NCBI GenBank assembly: GCA_963842525.1
Contig: CAWJGT010000001.1
Span: 480,001-544,000 of the forward strand
Source of the DNA: an uncultured Holophagales bacterium
Lineage (GTDB): Bacteria > Acidobacteriota > Thermoanaerobaculia > Multivoradales > UBA5704
Reading direction: 5' to 3'
DNA: 64,000 nucleotides
Shown here: positions 7,857 to 21,045 of the stretch, in pieces
Position numbering within the stretch: the first letter of the stretch is position 1
Layout: the number at the start of each line of letters is the position of its first letter
Position numbers and translations under genes: made by a program
Notes under the pieces: model-generated
Seen by the model: the letters and a program-made list of their open reading frames with translations, nothing else
Databases searched by the model: none
What the model was told of the DNA's origin: nothing

Positions 7857-8140
7857 AGCGGGACGGCTTCAGAGAGAACTTGCTGCCGCAGGTAGGGGGA
7901 CAGGGATTGCTCCGTGACGACGTCCACCGGACGATGAACGAGATCCTCCAGATCCTGCTTCAGTCCAATCAGGTCAAGGAGCGAGCGTTCGTGCCCAAGA
8001 GTCACGAGCAGATCGAGGTCGCTGCCCTCGCGGCCTTCGCCCCTGGCCAGGGAGCCGAACACGCGCACATTGCTGGCCCCATGGCGCTTTGCCAGATCAA
8101 GGATTTTCGCGCGGTAGTCCCGGAGAAGAAAGGCACTCAT
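7853..8140 (-). CDS. Minimal nucleotidyltransferase (MNT/MntA-type antitoxin)
   Basis: VRVFGSLARGEGREGSDLDLLV...LEDLVHRPVDVVT; 95 aa. Confidence 0.9.
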   Translation of the reverse strand: MSAFLLRDYRAKILDLAKRHGASNVRVFGSLARGEGREGSDLDLLVTLGHERSLLDLIGLKQDLEDLVHRPVDVVTEQSLSPYLRQQVLSEAVPL

Positions 8141-8235
8141 GAGGAGATCAGTCTAACACCCGGCTGCGCATCGACCCGCTACGCTTGGCGACACAGCCAC
8201 GCCCAGGTCCCCCTCGGCCGGCGGGGGGTGAGGGC

Positions 8236-9762
8236 TCACTCCCTTTCCGGCCGGATCCGCACGAGCTGCGCGTTCGAGTCGACGCCGTCCTTGGTGACGA
8301 CCCAGACGAGGGCGCAGCCGTCGTGGAGGCCGCTGGTGGGGAGGGTGGCGGTGATCTGCTGGGGCGATTCCTGCCAGCGGGGGTCGCCCTTGGCGCGCAG
8401 CTCGACGAGGACGTTCGGGTCGTCGCGGTTCCGGTCGTGGGCCTGTAGGACCAGGACCCTGTTGCCGCGGCGGCCGAACCCCTCGCCGGAGACCGTGACC
8501 GGACCACCCGGATGAAGGAAGAGGCTCCCGGCCTCGGGGGTGTCGACGACTCCCTGGGGCCCGATCGAGGGGCAGCCGGGGGGCAGGGTCGCCGGCTGGC
8601 CGCGGAGGAGAGACTGCAGGACCGATCCCGAGAGCGTCATCTCGGCGGTGCGGCCACGGAAGAGGCCGTAGAGGAGCCAGTCGATCTGGCCTTCAGGGTC
8701 TCCCTCGTCCCGGAGATCCCCCACGCACGGCGTGCGCCGCCCACCGCGCCAGCCGTTGTCCAGCGCCTGCCAATGGATGACATAGGAGACCTGGAAGGCG
8801 CCGGGGTCCTCCAGGGCGAGGACCAGCTCCCGCACGTAGCGCGCCGCCAGGCACTCGCTGTAGATGGAGCGGGCGAAGCCGAGCTCCCCGAGGATGAAGT
8901 TCTCCTCCCCGACGTCCCGCCGGCGGCGGCGGACCTGCTGCAGAGCAAAACCGAGGTCGTTCTTCAGTGTCTTCGCCAGGCTCGCCTCCGGCCGCTCGCG
9001 TTTCACGTTGAGGCTCTGCCAGGCGGAATAGGAGTAGTAGTCCACGCTGACCCGCGGCGCCACGGTGTCAATGATGCAGAGCACCTCGCCGTCGCCGCAA
9101 CGCACGCCGTCGCGCTCGACGAGGTTGAACTCCAGCCCGGAGTAGAGCTGGGCCGAGCTGCCGGGCCGGCGGGCGCGGGCTTCCCGGACCCCCTGGGCCC
9201 GCGCTTCGGTGCGGCTGATGAATTCGTCCCATTCCGGCGAGCCCGGAGGCTCCGGCCCCACCGCGTTGTCGCCTTCCCAGTTGAGGAGGATGAAGGTCTT
9301 GCCCGCATAGGCCGGCTCGCCGAGGAGGTGCTCACCCAGCCGGGCGATCTGGCGCCGCACCGCCGCGAAGCCGTTCGGCTCATTGCTCGAGATGGACACG
9401 GTGATCAGGTAAGTGCGGAAACGCGGGTCGCCGAAGAGGGCGTCGTAGGCCGGGCTGGCGGCGATCCGTTGCAGGTACCGGTCGCCGGACGCGTTGATCG
9501 GCGGGTTCACCTGGTAGGAATCCGCCGGGCCCATGTAGATGCGGATGGTCCGGCTGCCGATCGCGGCCACCTTGTCGGCGCCCCAGGCGAGGCGGTTCGG
9601 CACGCCGGGCCAGGCGGAGATGTCGGCGCTCCAGTGATAGACGCCGAAGCGGTCGGCCCGCGCCGTGGGCGGGTCCGGCACGGCTCGGGCCGCAGCGGCG
9701 CCCAGGGCCAGGAGGGGGAGGGTGAGGAGCACGGGGAGGATCGAGGGCGAGCGGACAGGCAT
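8236..9762 (-). CDS. Secreted putative glycoside hydrolase-like (TIM barrel) protein with C-terminal IPT/Ig-like domain, paralog 1
   Basis: Signal peptide; NWEGDN, DYYSYSAW and ILGELGF resemble clan GH-A acid/base and nucleophile strands; C-terminal VSGEGFG...QITATLP. Confidence 0.65.
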   Translation of the reverse strand: MPVRSPSILPVLLTLPLLALGAAAARAVPDPPTARADRFGVYHWSADISAWPGVPNRLAWGADKVAAIGSRTIRIYMGPADSYQVNPPINASGDRYLQRIAASPAYDALFGDPRFRTYLITVSISSNEPNGFAAVRRQIARLGEHLLGEPAYAGKTFILLNWEGDNAVGPEPPGSPEWDEFISRTEARAQGVREARARRPGSSAQLYSGLEFNLVERDGVRCGDGEVLCIIDTVAPRVSVDYYSYSAWQSLNVKRERPEASLAKTLKNDLGFALQQVRRRRRDVGEENFILGELGFARSIYSECLAARYVRELVLALEDPGAFQVSYVIHWQALDNGWRGGRRTPCVGDLRDEGDPEGQIDWLLYGLFRGRTAEMTLSGSVLQSLLRGQPATLPPGCPSIGPQGVVDTPEAGSLFLHPGGPVTVSGEGFGRRGNRVLVLQAHDRNRDDPNVLVELRAKGDPRWQESPQQITATLPTSGLHDGCALVWVVTKDGVDSNAQLVRIRPERE

Positions 9763-9807
9763 GATGATCTCCTCGCCGACAGAGACGACGAGAATAGGAT
9801 ATCCGGT

Positions 9808-11379
9808 TCAGTGCCCGGGCGGTGCCGGGCGAATACGGACGAGGAGGGCGTTGGACTCGATCTTGTCGTCGCGAGAGACCCAGACCAGGGCACAGCCGTC
9901 GCGGGGGTCGTTCGCGGGAAGGGTGGCTTTGATCTGCTGCGGCGACTCGAACCACAAGGGATCCGACGCTGACTTCTCGAGGTCGTGGATCACGTTGGCA
10001 ATGGGCGGCCGGATGCTCCGGCGATCGTGACCTCGGAGGATCAGCACGTGATTGCCTTGGGGTCCGAAGTTGTCACCGGAGAGGGTGAGGGGACCGCCCG
10101 CTTGGAAGAGCGGCTCACCTTCCGGGGCAACGATCCTCGGGCATTTCTGCGGCACGGTTGCCGGCTGGCCGCGGAGCAGGTCGCGCAGGACCTTGCCCAA
10201 GACGGTCATCCCGGCGTCGCGCCCGCGGAAAAGGCCGTAGAACAGCCAATCGACGGAGCCTTCCCCCGCACAGGGCGTGCGCTTCCCGGTGCGCCAGCGG
10301 TTGTCCAGCAACTGCCAGAAGATGGCGTAGGAGAGGCGGAACGCGCCGGGAGCGTCGAGGGCCTCCGCGACCTCGCGGAGGTAGTCCGCCGCCAGGCACT
10401 CGCCGAACTGCGAGCGGGCGAAACCGAATTCGCCGAGGAGGAAGCTCTTTTCCTCCACGTCGGGCCGCCGGCTCCGCACCTTGGCCAGCGCGAAGCGGAG
10501 ATCGCTGTCGAATTTCTCCTTCAAGCTGCCTGGCGGCTCGTCGAGCTTCACGTTGAGGGTCTGCCAGGAAGAGTAGGAATAATAGTCGACCGTGACCCGT
10601 GGCGCGACGGAATCGATCACGCAGCGTACCTGCCCGTCGCCGCAGCGCACGCCGTCGCGCTCGACGAGGTTGAACTCAAGCCCTGAGTAGAGCTGAGCAG
10701 AGCTGTTGGGACGGCGGGAGCGGGCGAGCCGGACGCCGTCGGCCCGCGACTGGATCCAACGAGTGAAGCCCTCCGTCGCTGTCGCTGGCGGGGCTGGGGT
10801 TGGGCCGGGGGCTGGGCGCAGGGCGTTGTCCCCTTCCCAGTTCAGGAGGATGAAGGTCTTGCCCGCGTAGGCCGCCCGTGTGAGCAGGTATTCGCCGAGC
10901 CGCAGGATCTGGGTCTTCGAATCCCGGTACTCGGTCGAGCTGAAACCGTCCTGCCAGCCGCCTCCTTGCTCGACCGGGGCGTAGGTGTAGACGGTGAGCA
11001 GGTAGGTACGGAAGCGGGGATCCCGGAAGAGGGCGTCGTATTCCGGGCTGGCGGCGATCCGCCGCAGGTACAGGTCGTCTTTCGGGTTCGTTTTCGGGTT
11101 CGCTCCGTAGGAGTCGGACGGTCCCAGGTAGACGCGGATCGTCCGGCTGCCGATCTCTGCCACCTTGTCGGCGCCCCAGCGCAGGAGCTTCGGCTGGCAC
11201 GAGGGCGGGGCGCCCAGCGGGCACGGCGCGGCAGTGTCGTCGGCGGCCCAGTGATAGATCCCGAAGCGGTCCGTCCGCAGCGCCGGCGGAGCGGGGACGG
11301 CCTGAGCCGGAACGGCGATCAAGCCGCTCAGAAGCACCGCCGGCAGGGCCGGCAGGATCGCCGAGGACCAGCGAGACAT
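9808..11379 (-). CDS. Secreted putative glycoside hydrolase-like protein, paralog 2
   Basis: Collinear with 8236-9762 (DRFGIYHW, WGADKVA, NWEGDN, LYSGLEFNLVERDGVRCGDG, LGEFGF). Confidence 0.65.
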   Translation of the reverse strand: MSRWSSAILPALPAVLLSGLIAVPAQAVPAPPALRTDRFGIYHWAADDTAAPCPLGAPPSCQPKLLRWGADKVAEIGSRTIRVYLGPSDSYGANPKTNPKDDLYLRRIAASPEYDALFRDPRFRTYLLTVYTYAPVEQGGGWQDGFSSTEYRDSKTQILRLGEYLLTRAAYAGKTFILLNWEGDNALRPAPGPTPAPPATATEGFTRWIQSRADGVRLARSRRPNSSAQLYSGLEFNLVERDGVRCGDGQVRCVIDSVAPRVTVDYYSYSSWQTLNVKLDEPPGSLKEKFDSDLRFALAKVRSRRPDVEEKSFLLGEFGFARSQFGECLAADYLREVAEALDAPGAFRLSYAIFWQLLDNRWRTGKRTPCAGEGSVDWLFYGLFRGRDAGMTVLGKVLRDLLRGQPATVPQKCPRIVAPEGEPLFQAGGPLTLSGDNFGPQGNHVLILRGHDRRSIRPPIANVIHDLEKSASDPLWFESPQQIKATLPANDPRDGCALVWVSRDDKIESNALLVRIRPAPPGH

Positions 11380-11419
11380 GGTTGTCTCTATTGTAAAGCA
11401 AAAACGGCTGCGGAGCTCC

Positions 11420-11803
11420 TCAGTTCACCGCGTTCGGCACCGCCAGCCCGAACGGCGCGATGGCGGCGTCGAAGCTGTCGCCGTCGGGGGTGACCATGCG
11501 GTAGGAGCCGTGCATGGTGCCGACGGCGGTGGGAAGCGGACAGAAGCTCATGTATTCGTAGGCATCGCCGGGGGAGAGGACCGGCTGGTCTCCCACCACG
11601 CCCGGCCCCTGCACGCGCTGCTCCTCGCCGTTGCCGTCCGTGATGATCCACTCGCGGCTGACGAGCTGGGCCGTCTCCGTGCCCTGGTTCGTGATGCGGA
11701 CCTGGTAGGCGAAGAAGAAGTAGCTCTCCTCGGGGGCGCTGCGCTCCGGATCGTAGAAGCTCTGGACCTGCACCCGGATCCCCCGGGTCGTGATGTCGCT
11801 CAT
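11420..11803 (-). CDS. apaG: ApaG protein
   Basis: YFFAYQVRITNQG...REWIITDGNG...GPGVVGDQPVL...GTMHGSY. Confidence 0.95.
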   Translation of the reverse strand: MSDITTRGIRVQVQSFYDPERSAPEESYFFFAYQVRITNQGTETAQLVSREWIITDGNGEEQRVQGPGVVGDQPVLSPGDAYEYMSFCPLPTAVGTMHGSYRMVTPDGDSFDAAIAPFGLAVPNAVN

Positions 11804-11886
11804 GGCCGCTTCATTATGCCACCGGCGCTCGGCCCGGAGTTGCGCGGCGCTGGGATAGAATCCGGCGCGACGAGAGGAGGCCCGCA

Positions 11887-12657
11887 ATGGAGTGGCTGAG
11901 CAACCCGGAGAGCTGGATCGCACTGCTGACGCTGACGGTGCTCGAGATCGTGCTGGGCATCGACAATGTGATCTTCATCTCGATTCTGGCCGGCAAGCTT
12001 CCCAAGGACGAGCAGGGGAAGGCCCGGAAGGTCGGTTTGGCCCTTGCCATGTTCATCCGCCTCGCGCTGCTCGCCTCGATCGCCTGGATCGCCCGGCTGA
12101 CCTCGCCGCTGTTCACGGCGCTCGGCCAGGAGATCTCCGGCCGCGACCTCATCCTCCTGGTCGGCGGCCTCTTCCTGCTCGCCAAGGCGACGCACGAGAT
12201 CCATGAAAAGCTGGAGGGAGAGGACGGCACGGCCACCGCCAAGGTGCGCGCCTCGTTCACCGGCGTGATCATCCAGATCCTGCTGCTGGACATCGTGTTC
12301 TCGCTCGACTCTGTGATCACCGCCGTTGGCATGGCGAACGAGCTGCCGGTCATGATGACCGCCGTGGTCATCTCGGTCCTCGTGATGCTCGTCGCCGCCG
12401 GTTCGATCAGCGACTTCGTCTCCCGCCATCCCACGGTCAAGATGCTGGCCCTGAGCTTCCTGCTGCTGATCGGCATGTCGCTGGTCGCCGAGGGGCTCGG
12501 CCAGCACATCTCCAAGGGCTACATCTACTTCGCAATGGGCTTCTCGGTCTTCGTCGAGATGCTCAACCTGCGGCTGCAGAAGAAGAGCAAGCCGGTCCAC
12601 CTGCACGAGCCGTACGGCCCGGCGGAGGAGCCGCCGGGCGCCGCTCCGACCGCCTGA
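11887..12657 (+). CDS. TerC family membrane protein
   Basis: LEIVLGIDNVIFI, LLDIVFSLDSVITAVGM. Confidence 0.93.
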   Translation: MEWLSNPESWIALLTLTVLEIVLGIDNVIFISILAGKLPKDEQGKARKVGLALAMFIRLALLASIAWIARLTSPLFTALGQEISGRDLILLVGGLFLLAKATHEIHEKLEGEDGTATAKVRASFTGVIIQILLLDIVFSLDSVITAVGMANELPVMMTAVVISVLVMLVAAGSISDFVSRHPTVKMLALSFLLLIGMSLVAEGLGQHISKGYIYFAMGFSVFVEMLNLRLQKKSKPVHLHEPYGPAEEPPGAAPTA

Positions 12658-12661
12658 TCTT

Positions 12662-12722
12662 TTCCCCCTCTCCCGGGGTGGGGGGGAGGGGTGGCGGGAG
12701 AGGGGGTCAGGGGGTGAGGGGC
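12662..12722. repeat. REP-like palindrome between convergent genes
   Basis: CCCCCTCTCCCG...CGGGAGAGGGGGTCAGGGGGTGAGGG. Confidence 0.75.
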
Positions 12723-14402
<1,680 letters not shown>

Positions 14403-14651
14403 GGTTGTGTTCCTTCCAGAGGGCGATACCTGAGCAGGCACCTGCCGCCAAGGGAAGCAACGCCCATTGCCGCAGACGCGGGCCCAAACAAAAAAGGCTT
14501 CTGTAACGTAGGAGACGTTGACGGAGCCTGACCCTGAGGGCTACACTATCACTCCAACGTTTCCTGAAAGGGGTATAGGTCCCCGTTGCGCCCTCGGAGG
14601 GTGCAGCCGTTGGCTCTCGCTGTCGATACGAGTCAGAAGGACGGGGTTGTC

Positions 14652-14822
14652 ATGATCACATTCGTAAGCATCCTTTTGGTCGGAGCGGTCTCGGGCTGGG
14701 CGCTCGAGCAGAGCTTTGGACGCAACCTGCTCCGCTGGACCCGCCAGAAGAGGATGCAGATGCGTGTCCTGCGCCGGCAAGGGGGCAATCCCTTGCGCGT
14801 CTGGCTGCAGGAAGAGGATTAG
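14652..14822 (+). CDS. Small single-TM basic protein (56 aa)
   Basis: MITFVSILLVGAVSGWALEQ...; purine-rich upstream sequence; occupies an otherwise empty gap. Confidence 0.5.
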   Translation: MITFVSILLVGAVSGWALEQSFGRNLLRWTRQKRMQMRVLRRQGGNPLRVWLQEED

Positions 14823-14881
14823 CCCCCCTGATTCCCTCTCTCCCGATCCGGGGGAGAGGGCTAGGGAGAGGGGGGATGGGA
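14823..14881. repeat. Degenerate REP-like palindrome
   Basis: CCCTCTCTCCCGATCCGGGGGAGAGGG followed by GGGAGAGGGGG, between convergent genes. Confidence 0.55.
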
Positions 14882-15970
14882 TCAACCCGTGGTCACCGAG
14901 ACGCGGTGCCAGGCGTTGTTCATATAGCCTTTGAAGTTCCAGACATGGGCTGGGCTCTCGGGCTGCGTCTGGGCCGCCGTATCCCAGGCCCGGCAGACGA
15001 GCTCGTGGCGGCCCGGCGCGAGCTCGACCCGGGCCGCCCACAGCCGCCAGGCCCAGGGCGAGCGCGCCGACGACAGATCCGCCACGGTCCAGCTCGTTCC
15101 GCCGTCCACCGAGAGATCCACCCTTTCGACGCGCCGCTCTCCCGCGAAGGCCCAGCCGCGGACGGTCACCGGCCCCGCCGGCAGGGCCTCGCCCTCGGCC
15201 GGCGAGCAGATCACCGACGACACGTTCATCGGCCCGAGCATCAACCCCTTGTCCCAGTCGACCGTCTCCGGCCCCACGCCCGGGGGGAAGAGCCGGTAGG
15301 CCCTGGCCTGGAAGTAGCTCGCGGACGGCTCCTCCTGGACCGTGACGTGGCTCAGCCACTTGACGCTGCGGGCGCCGATCCAGCCCGGCACCACGACCCG
15401 CAGGGGGCCTCCGTGCACTGGTGGGAGGGGTTGCCCGTTCATCTCGTAGGCGAGCAGCACCTCGGGCCGCAGGGCCTTGTCGAGCGGGATCGAGCCGCCG
15501 AAGCAGAAGCGGTGGCCGTGGCGCTCGGTCTCGTCCAGGCCGGTGAAGGCGACGTGGTGCGCCGCGGCGTCCGGCTCGGCTGCGGTGAGCACCTCGCGCA
15601 GCGGCACGCCGCCCCATTCGGCCGTGCTGATCGCCTCGGTCCCCCAGCCCAGCTCGTTCGGAATGGGGGCGACGGCCATCATCTCCTCGCGGCGGTTGCC
15701 GGCGCACTGGAGAGTTGCGGCCACGGTGACCCGGGACAGGCGTTGCAGCTCTTCGAGCGAGATGCGGAACGGCCGCCGCACCCGGCCTTCGACGGTCAGC
15801 CGCCATGCCCGGGGATCGACGTCCGGCACCGCGCCGTGGTTGCGCACGAAGAACAGATCGCGGGGCGTCAGGTCGCTGCCGTGGAGACGGCTGGGAGGGG
15901 GGCCGGCATTGAAGGGATCCTCTTGCCGGACGAGAAAATCCGGCACCTTGTCGAACCTGGTCCGGATCAT
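14882..15970 (-). CDS. Sulfite oxidase family molybdoenzyme (Moco and dimerisation domains, no heme domain)
   Basis: FFVRNHG, LQCAGNRR (Mo-ligating Cys), LAYEMNGQPLPPVHGGPLRVVVPGWIGARSVKWL, WNFKGYMNNAW. Confidence 0.92.
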   Translation of the reverse strand: MIRTRFDKVPDFLVRQEDPFNAGPPPSRLHGSDLTPRDLFFVRNHGAVPDVDPRAWRLTVEGRVRRPFRISLEELQRLSRVTVAATLQCAGNRREEMMAVAPIPNELGWGTEAISTAEWGGVPLREVLTAAEPDAAAHHVAFTGLDETERHGHRFCFGGSIPLDKALRPEVLLAYEMNGQPLPPVHGGPLRVVVPGWIGARSVKWLSHVTVQEEPSASYFQARAYRLFPPGVGPETVDWDKGLMLGPMNVSSVICSPAEGEALPAGPVTVRGWAFAGERRVERVDLSVDGGTSWTVADLSSARSPWAWRLWAARVELAPGRHELVCRAWDTAAQTQPESPAHVWNFKGYMNNAWHRVSVTTG

Positions 15971-16566
15971 TCCGTGTATTCCAGGGCCTTGGTGGCCTGG
16001 CGATACAGGCCGTCGCGCCCCTCGCGACCCGAGCGGTCATCGCCGACGGGCTCGAAGACCGAGCAGTGGTCCATGTCCCCGCCGTAGACGTGGAGGGTGA
16101 GGGAGGTCTTGTCCGGCCGCGAGTTCGCCAGGATGTGGTGCTCGAAGGGCGGGATCAGCGCTCCCGCCGAGCCCGCCCGGGCGTGCACGCTGTCGCGCTC
16201 GACGAAGCGGAAGAGGCCGTCCCCCAGGTCCTCGACCAGCTCGAAGCGGCAGACCTCCATCTCCCCTTCGATCACCCCTTCGACGCACCAGATGCCGGCG
16301 TGGTCGTGGAGCATGGTGCGCTGGCCCGGTCCCCAGGTCATGACCACGGCGGTGAAGCCGAGGTCCGGGTCGCTGTAGAGGAGACGGCGGGAGTAGCAGT
16401 CCGGCCGCGGCGTCCGGAACTTTTCCGGCAGCCGGAGCCCTTCTTCGGGGATGAAGGACTCCAGGTCGCTCTTGATCCGCTCGGCGATGGCGGTCACGTC
16501 GCCCAGCCGCACCGCGTCGCGCAGCCTGTCGATCAGGGGATCGACCACCGTGTGCGTCGTCAGCAT
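15967..16566 (-). CDS. Cysteine dioxygenase family cupin
   Basis: YSRRLL, WGPGQ..HDH...WC, HILAN, TLHVY. Confidence 0.88.
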   Translation of the reverse strand: MLTTHTVVDPLIDRLRDAVRLGDVTAIAERIKSDLESFIPEEGLRLPEKFRTPRPDCYSRRLLYSDPDLGFTAVVMTWGPGQRTMLHDHAGIWCVEGVIEGEMEVCRFELVEDLGDGLFRFVERDSVHARAGSAGALIPPFEHHILANSRPDKTSLTLHVYGGDMDHCSVFEPVGDDRSGREGRDGLYRQATKALEYTE

Positions 16567-16578
16567 CGAAGACCCTCC

Positions 16579-18498
<1,920 letters not shown>

Positions 18499-18601
18499 CG
18501 CGGGTGGTGGTGCCTCCAGGCTTGTCGGGGTTTTTGTTGTCTGCGGATCGAACGGCGGCACAAAGCCGCAGGGCACTTTAACACGAACCCCCCTGCTGAC
18601 T

Positions 18602-19339
18602 TCACGGCACCACCCGCGCGCCCCGGCGGGTGGTGAACAGGAACAGGTGCTGGGTGGGGAGGTCCTCGATCGTCTTTTCCAGCGTGAAGCCGGCCGGGGT
18701 CCATTCGGCGAGCACCTGCTCGACCGACATCCGGTGCTCCGCGGAGATGTGCGCCGCACTGTCCCCTTCGGCCCGGTATTCCACCAAAGCCACCCGGCCG
18801 TTGGGCTTCAGGCTCTGGCGGATCTTCGCGAGCATGGGCTGCGGGTCCTGGAATTCGTGATAGACGTCGACCAGGAGGACCCAATCCATCTCCCGCTGCG
18901 GCAGGTTCGGATCGGTCTCGGTGCCGAGCACGGGGACGATGTTGGTGATCCCCTCCCCGGCGGCGCTTTCTTTCAGCCGCTCCAGCATCTCGGGCTGGAT
19001 GTCCTCGGCGTAGACCTTGCCGGTGGGCGCCACCGCCCGGGCCAGCCGGCGGCTGTAGAAGCCGGTACCTGCTCCGATGTCGGCCACGACCTGGCCGTCC
19101 CGCAGGTTCATGGCCTGGATCACGATTTCCGGCTTTTCGAGCTCCGCCCGCCCTTCCCGTTCGAGCCAGTCCGCCCCGCCGCGCCAGGACAGGACATTGG
19201 CCGGCTTGCGCGGCTGCACGTCGGGAAGCGCCGGCTTCTGCCGGGCCGCGGGCGGAGCCGGCGAGCAGGCGAGGCTCAGGAAGAGGGCCAGGACGAGGGA
19301 CAGAACGAGCAGCGGCTTCGCGGTCTTCGGCATCCTCAT
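18602..19339 (-). CDS. Class I SAM-dependent methyltransferase (lipoprotein-like N-terminus)
   Basis: VADIGAGTGFY, LVDVYHEF; signal ending LSLAC. Confidence 0.88.
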   Translation of the reverse strand: MRMPKTAKPLLVLSLVLALFLSLACSPAPPAARQKPALPDVQPRKPANVLSWRGGADWLEREGRAELEKPEIVIQAMNLRDGQVVADIGAGTGFYSRRLARAVAPTGKVYAEDIQPEMLERLKESAAGEGITNIVPVLGTETDPNLPQREMDWVLLVDVYHEFQDPQPMLAKIRQSLKPNGRVALVEYRAEGDSAAHISAEHRMSVEQVLAEWTPAGFTLEKTIEDLPTQHLFLFTTRRGARVVP

Positions 19340-19353
19340 CGGTGCGCCTCTCC

Positions 19354-21045
19354 TCAGCGCTCCACCGCACGGCAGGGCGCTGCCGGCGTGCCCTGGCAGA
19401 TCCGGCCGTCGGCCTCCGGTGCGATGCCGCCGGGCTCCGCGGCGGCCAAACCCTCGACGACGAGCTCCTTCAGGTCCTTGCCGTCCGCGGCGCAGTCCTT
19501 CACCACCTGATCGGGTTTGAGCATCGTGTAGCCGTCCTGGTCCCCGGCCTGCGGGTTGACCAGGTAGTCGCCGACGACGAGCAGGAGGGGCTCGGCCGGA
19601 TCCACCGGACGGGCTCCGCCGCGCGCGAGCAGGGTGAGGTCCCGGGCGTCGCGGCTCTCCTGGTCGTGGGTGTAGGCGAAGCCGGAGATCTGCAGCCAGC
19701 TCCCGCTGCCCGGCCAGCCGCGCACCGCCTGGTCCGCCACCTTCTCCAGGATCGAGCCGTCGATGCGCACGAGGTGGATGGGCGTCGGATAGGCGAACAG
19801 CTCCTCGATGCTCTGCTGGGTGATCGCGCCGGGCGCCAGGTCCTGGTTCAGGCGGAGCGAGCCCGAGTTGATGAACGCCCCCTGGGCGCCGCAGGCGGCG
19901 AAGGCCGCTGTCATGCGGTCGGCGATCCAGTCGCCGAGGTTGGTCTCGCTGCCGCGGATCTTGTTCTCCTCGGCGTCGAGCTGGACGCGGCTGTGCCCCA
20001 CGACCTTCTCGAGGCAACCCATGGGCTCGCCCTGCTTGCCGCAGAACATCTTCTCGTGTTTTTCGAGCCAGCCGTCCACCCGCGCTTGCACCGCAGGGTC
20101 CGGCGTCAGCCCGGCCGCGTCGGTGAGCGGGCGAAGCTCGTGGCGGACCGCCAGCCGGCCGTCCGCCGGCAGGGTCAGGTGGACCACCACGGCGGTGCGG
20201 GCATCGGCGTCCGCCTTGAAGAGCCAGCGTCCGCCGGCCTCGATCGCCATGGCCTCGTGGTCGTGGCCGCCGAGGATCAGGTCGGGTCCGTCGGCGCCCA
20301 GGCTTTCGAGGAGGTCCTTGTCCTCCGCCACGTTCAGATGGGTCAGGCCGATGACCACCTCGGCGCCGCGGGCCCGCAGGTCGGCGGCGAGCTTCCTGGC
20401 GGTTTCGATCGGGCCGAGGATCTCGGTCGCGTATTCCGGCTGCTTGACGCCCACGGTCAGACCGAAGATCCCGATGCGGATGCCGCCGCTCTCCACGATC
20501 CAGGTCGGCGCCAGGTTGTCCGCCGCGACCACGGGTTTGCCGTCGGCGCCGTTGGCGAAGACCACGGTGCCGTTGAGCCAGCGGAACTGCGACTGCTCGA
20601 CCCGCTGGTCGAGGAGCGGCGCGTCCTTCGCCTTGTCTTTGTCGAACTCGTGGTTGCCGAAGACCGCGAACATCCGGTTGTCGAAGGCGGCCGGGTCACC
20701 GTCCAGGTTGTTCAGGACGTCGATCATCTGCTCGCCGTTGTAGGTGCGGCTGAGGAAGGACGGAAAGAGGATGTCGCCGCCGTGGGACACCAGGAGGTCG
20801 GGGGCCTCGCGCTCCAGCTCCTCGCGCAGGGTGCGCAGCCGGGCGAGATCGCCGACGGTGCCTCCCTCGACGCCCTCGATCCTGTAGACGTCGTTGATGT
20901 GGAGGAGGACGGCTGTGCGCTCGCCGCGGGCCGTGGCCGGTCCGGCCGCAGGCGGGCGGTTCGCGGCGCAGCCGGCGCCGCAGAGGGCGACGAGGAGGAG
21001 CCCCGCGAGCGGAGCGCCGAGGCGTGGGAACAGAGATCGGGTCAT
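19354..21045 (-). CDS. Bifunctional metallophosphatase/5'-nucleotidase
   Basis: LHINDVY, GGD, GNHEFD, LTH, GGHDH, ETNLGDWIAD, INSGSLR. Confidence 0.92.
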   Translation of the reverse strand: MTRSLFPRLGAPLAGLLLVALCGAGCAANRPPAAGPATARGERTAVLLHINDVYRIEGVEGGTVGDLARLRTLREELEREAPDLLVSHGGDILFPSFLSRTYNGEQMIDVLNNLDGDPAAFDNRMFAVFGNHEFDKDKAKDAPLLDQRVEQSQFRWLNGTVVFANGADGKPVVAADNLAPTWIVESGGIRIGIFGLTVGVKQPEYATEILGPIETARKLAADLRARGAEVVIGLTHLNVAEDKDLLESLGADGPDLILGGHDHEAMAIEAGGRWLFKADADARTAVVVHLTLPADGRLAVRHELRPLTDAAGLTPDPAVQARVDGWLEKHEKMFCGKQGEPMGCLEKVVGHSRVQLDAEENKIRGSETNLGDWIADRMTAAFAACGAQGAFINSGSLRLNQDLAPGAITQQSIEELFAYPTPIHLVRIDGSILEKVADQAVRGWPGSGSWLQISGFAYTHDQESRDARDLTLLARGGARPVDPAEPLLLVVGDYLVNPQAGDQDGYTMLKPDQVVKDCAADGKDLKELVVEGLAAAEPGGIAPEADGRICQGTPAAPCRAVER

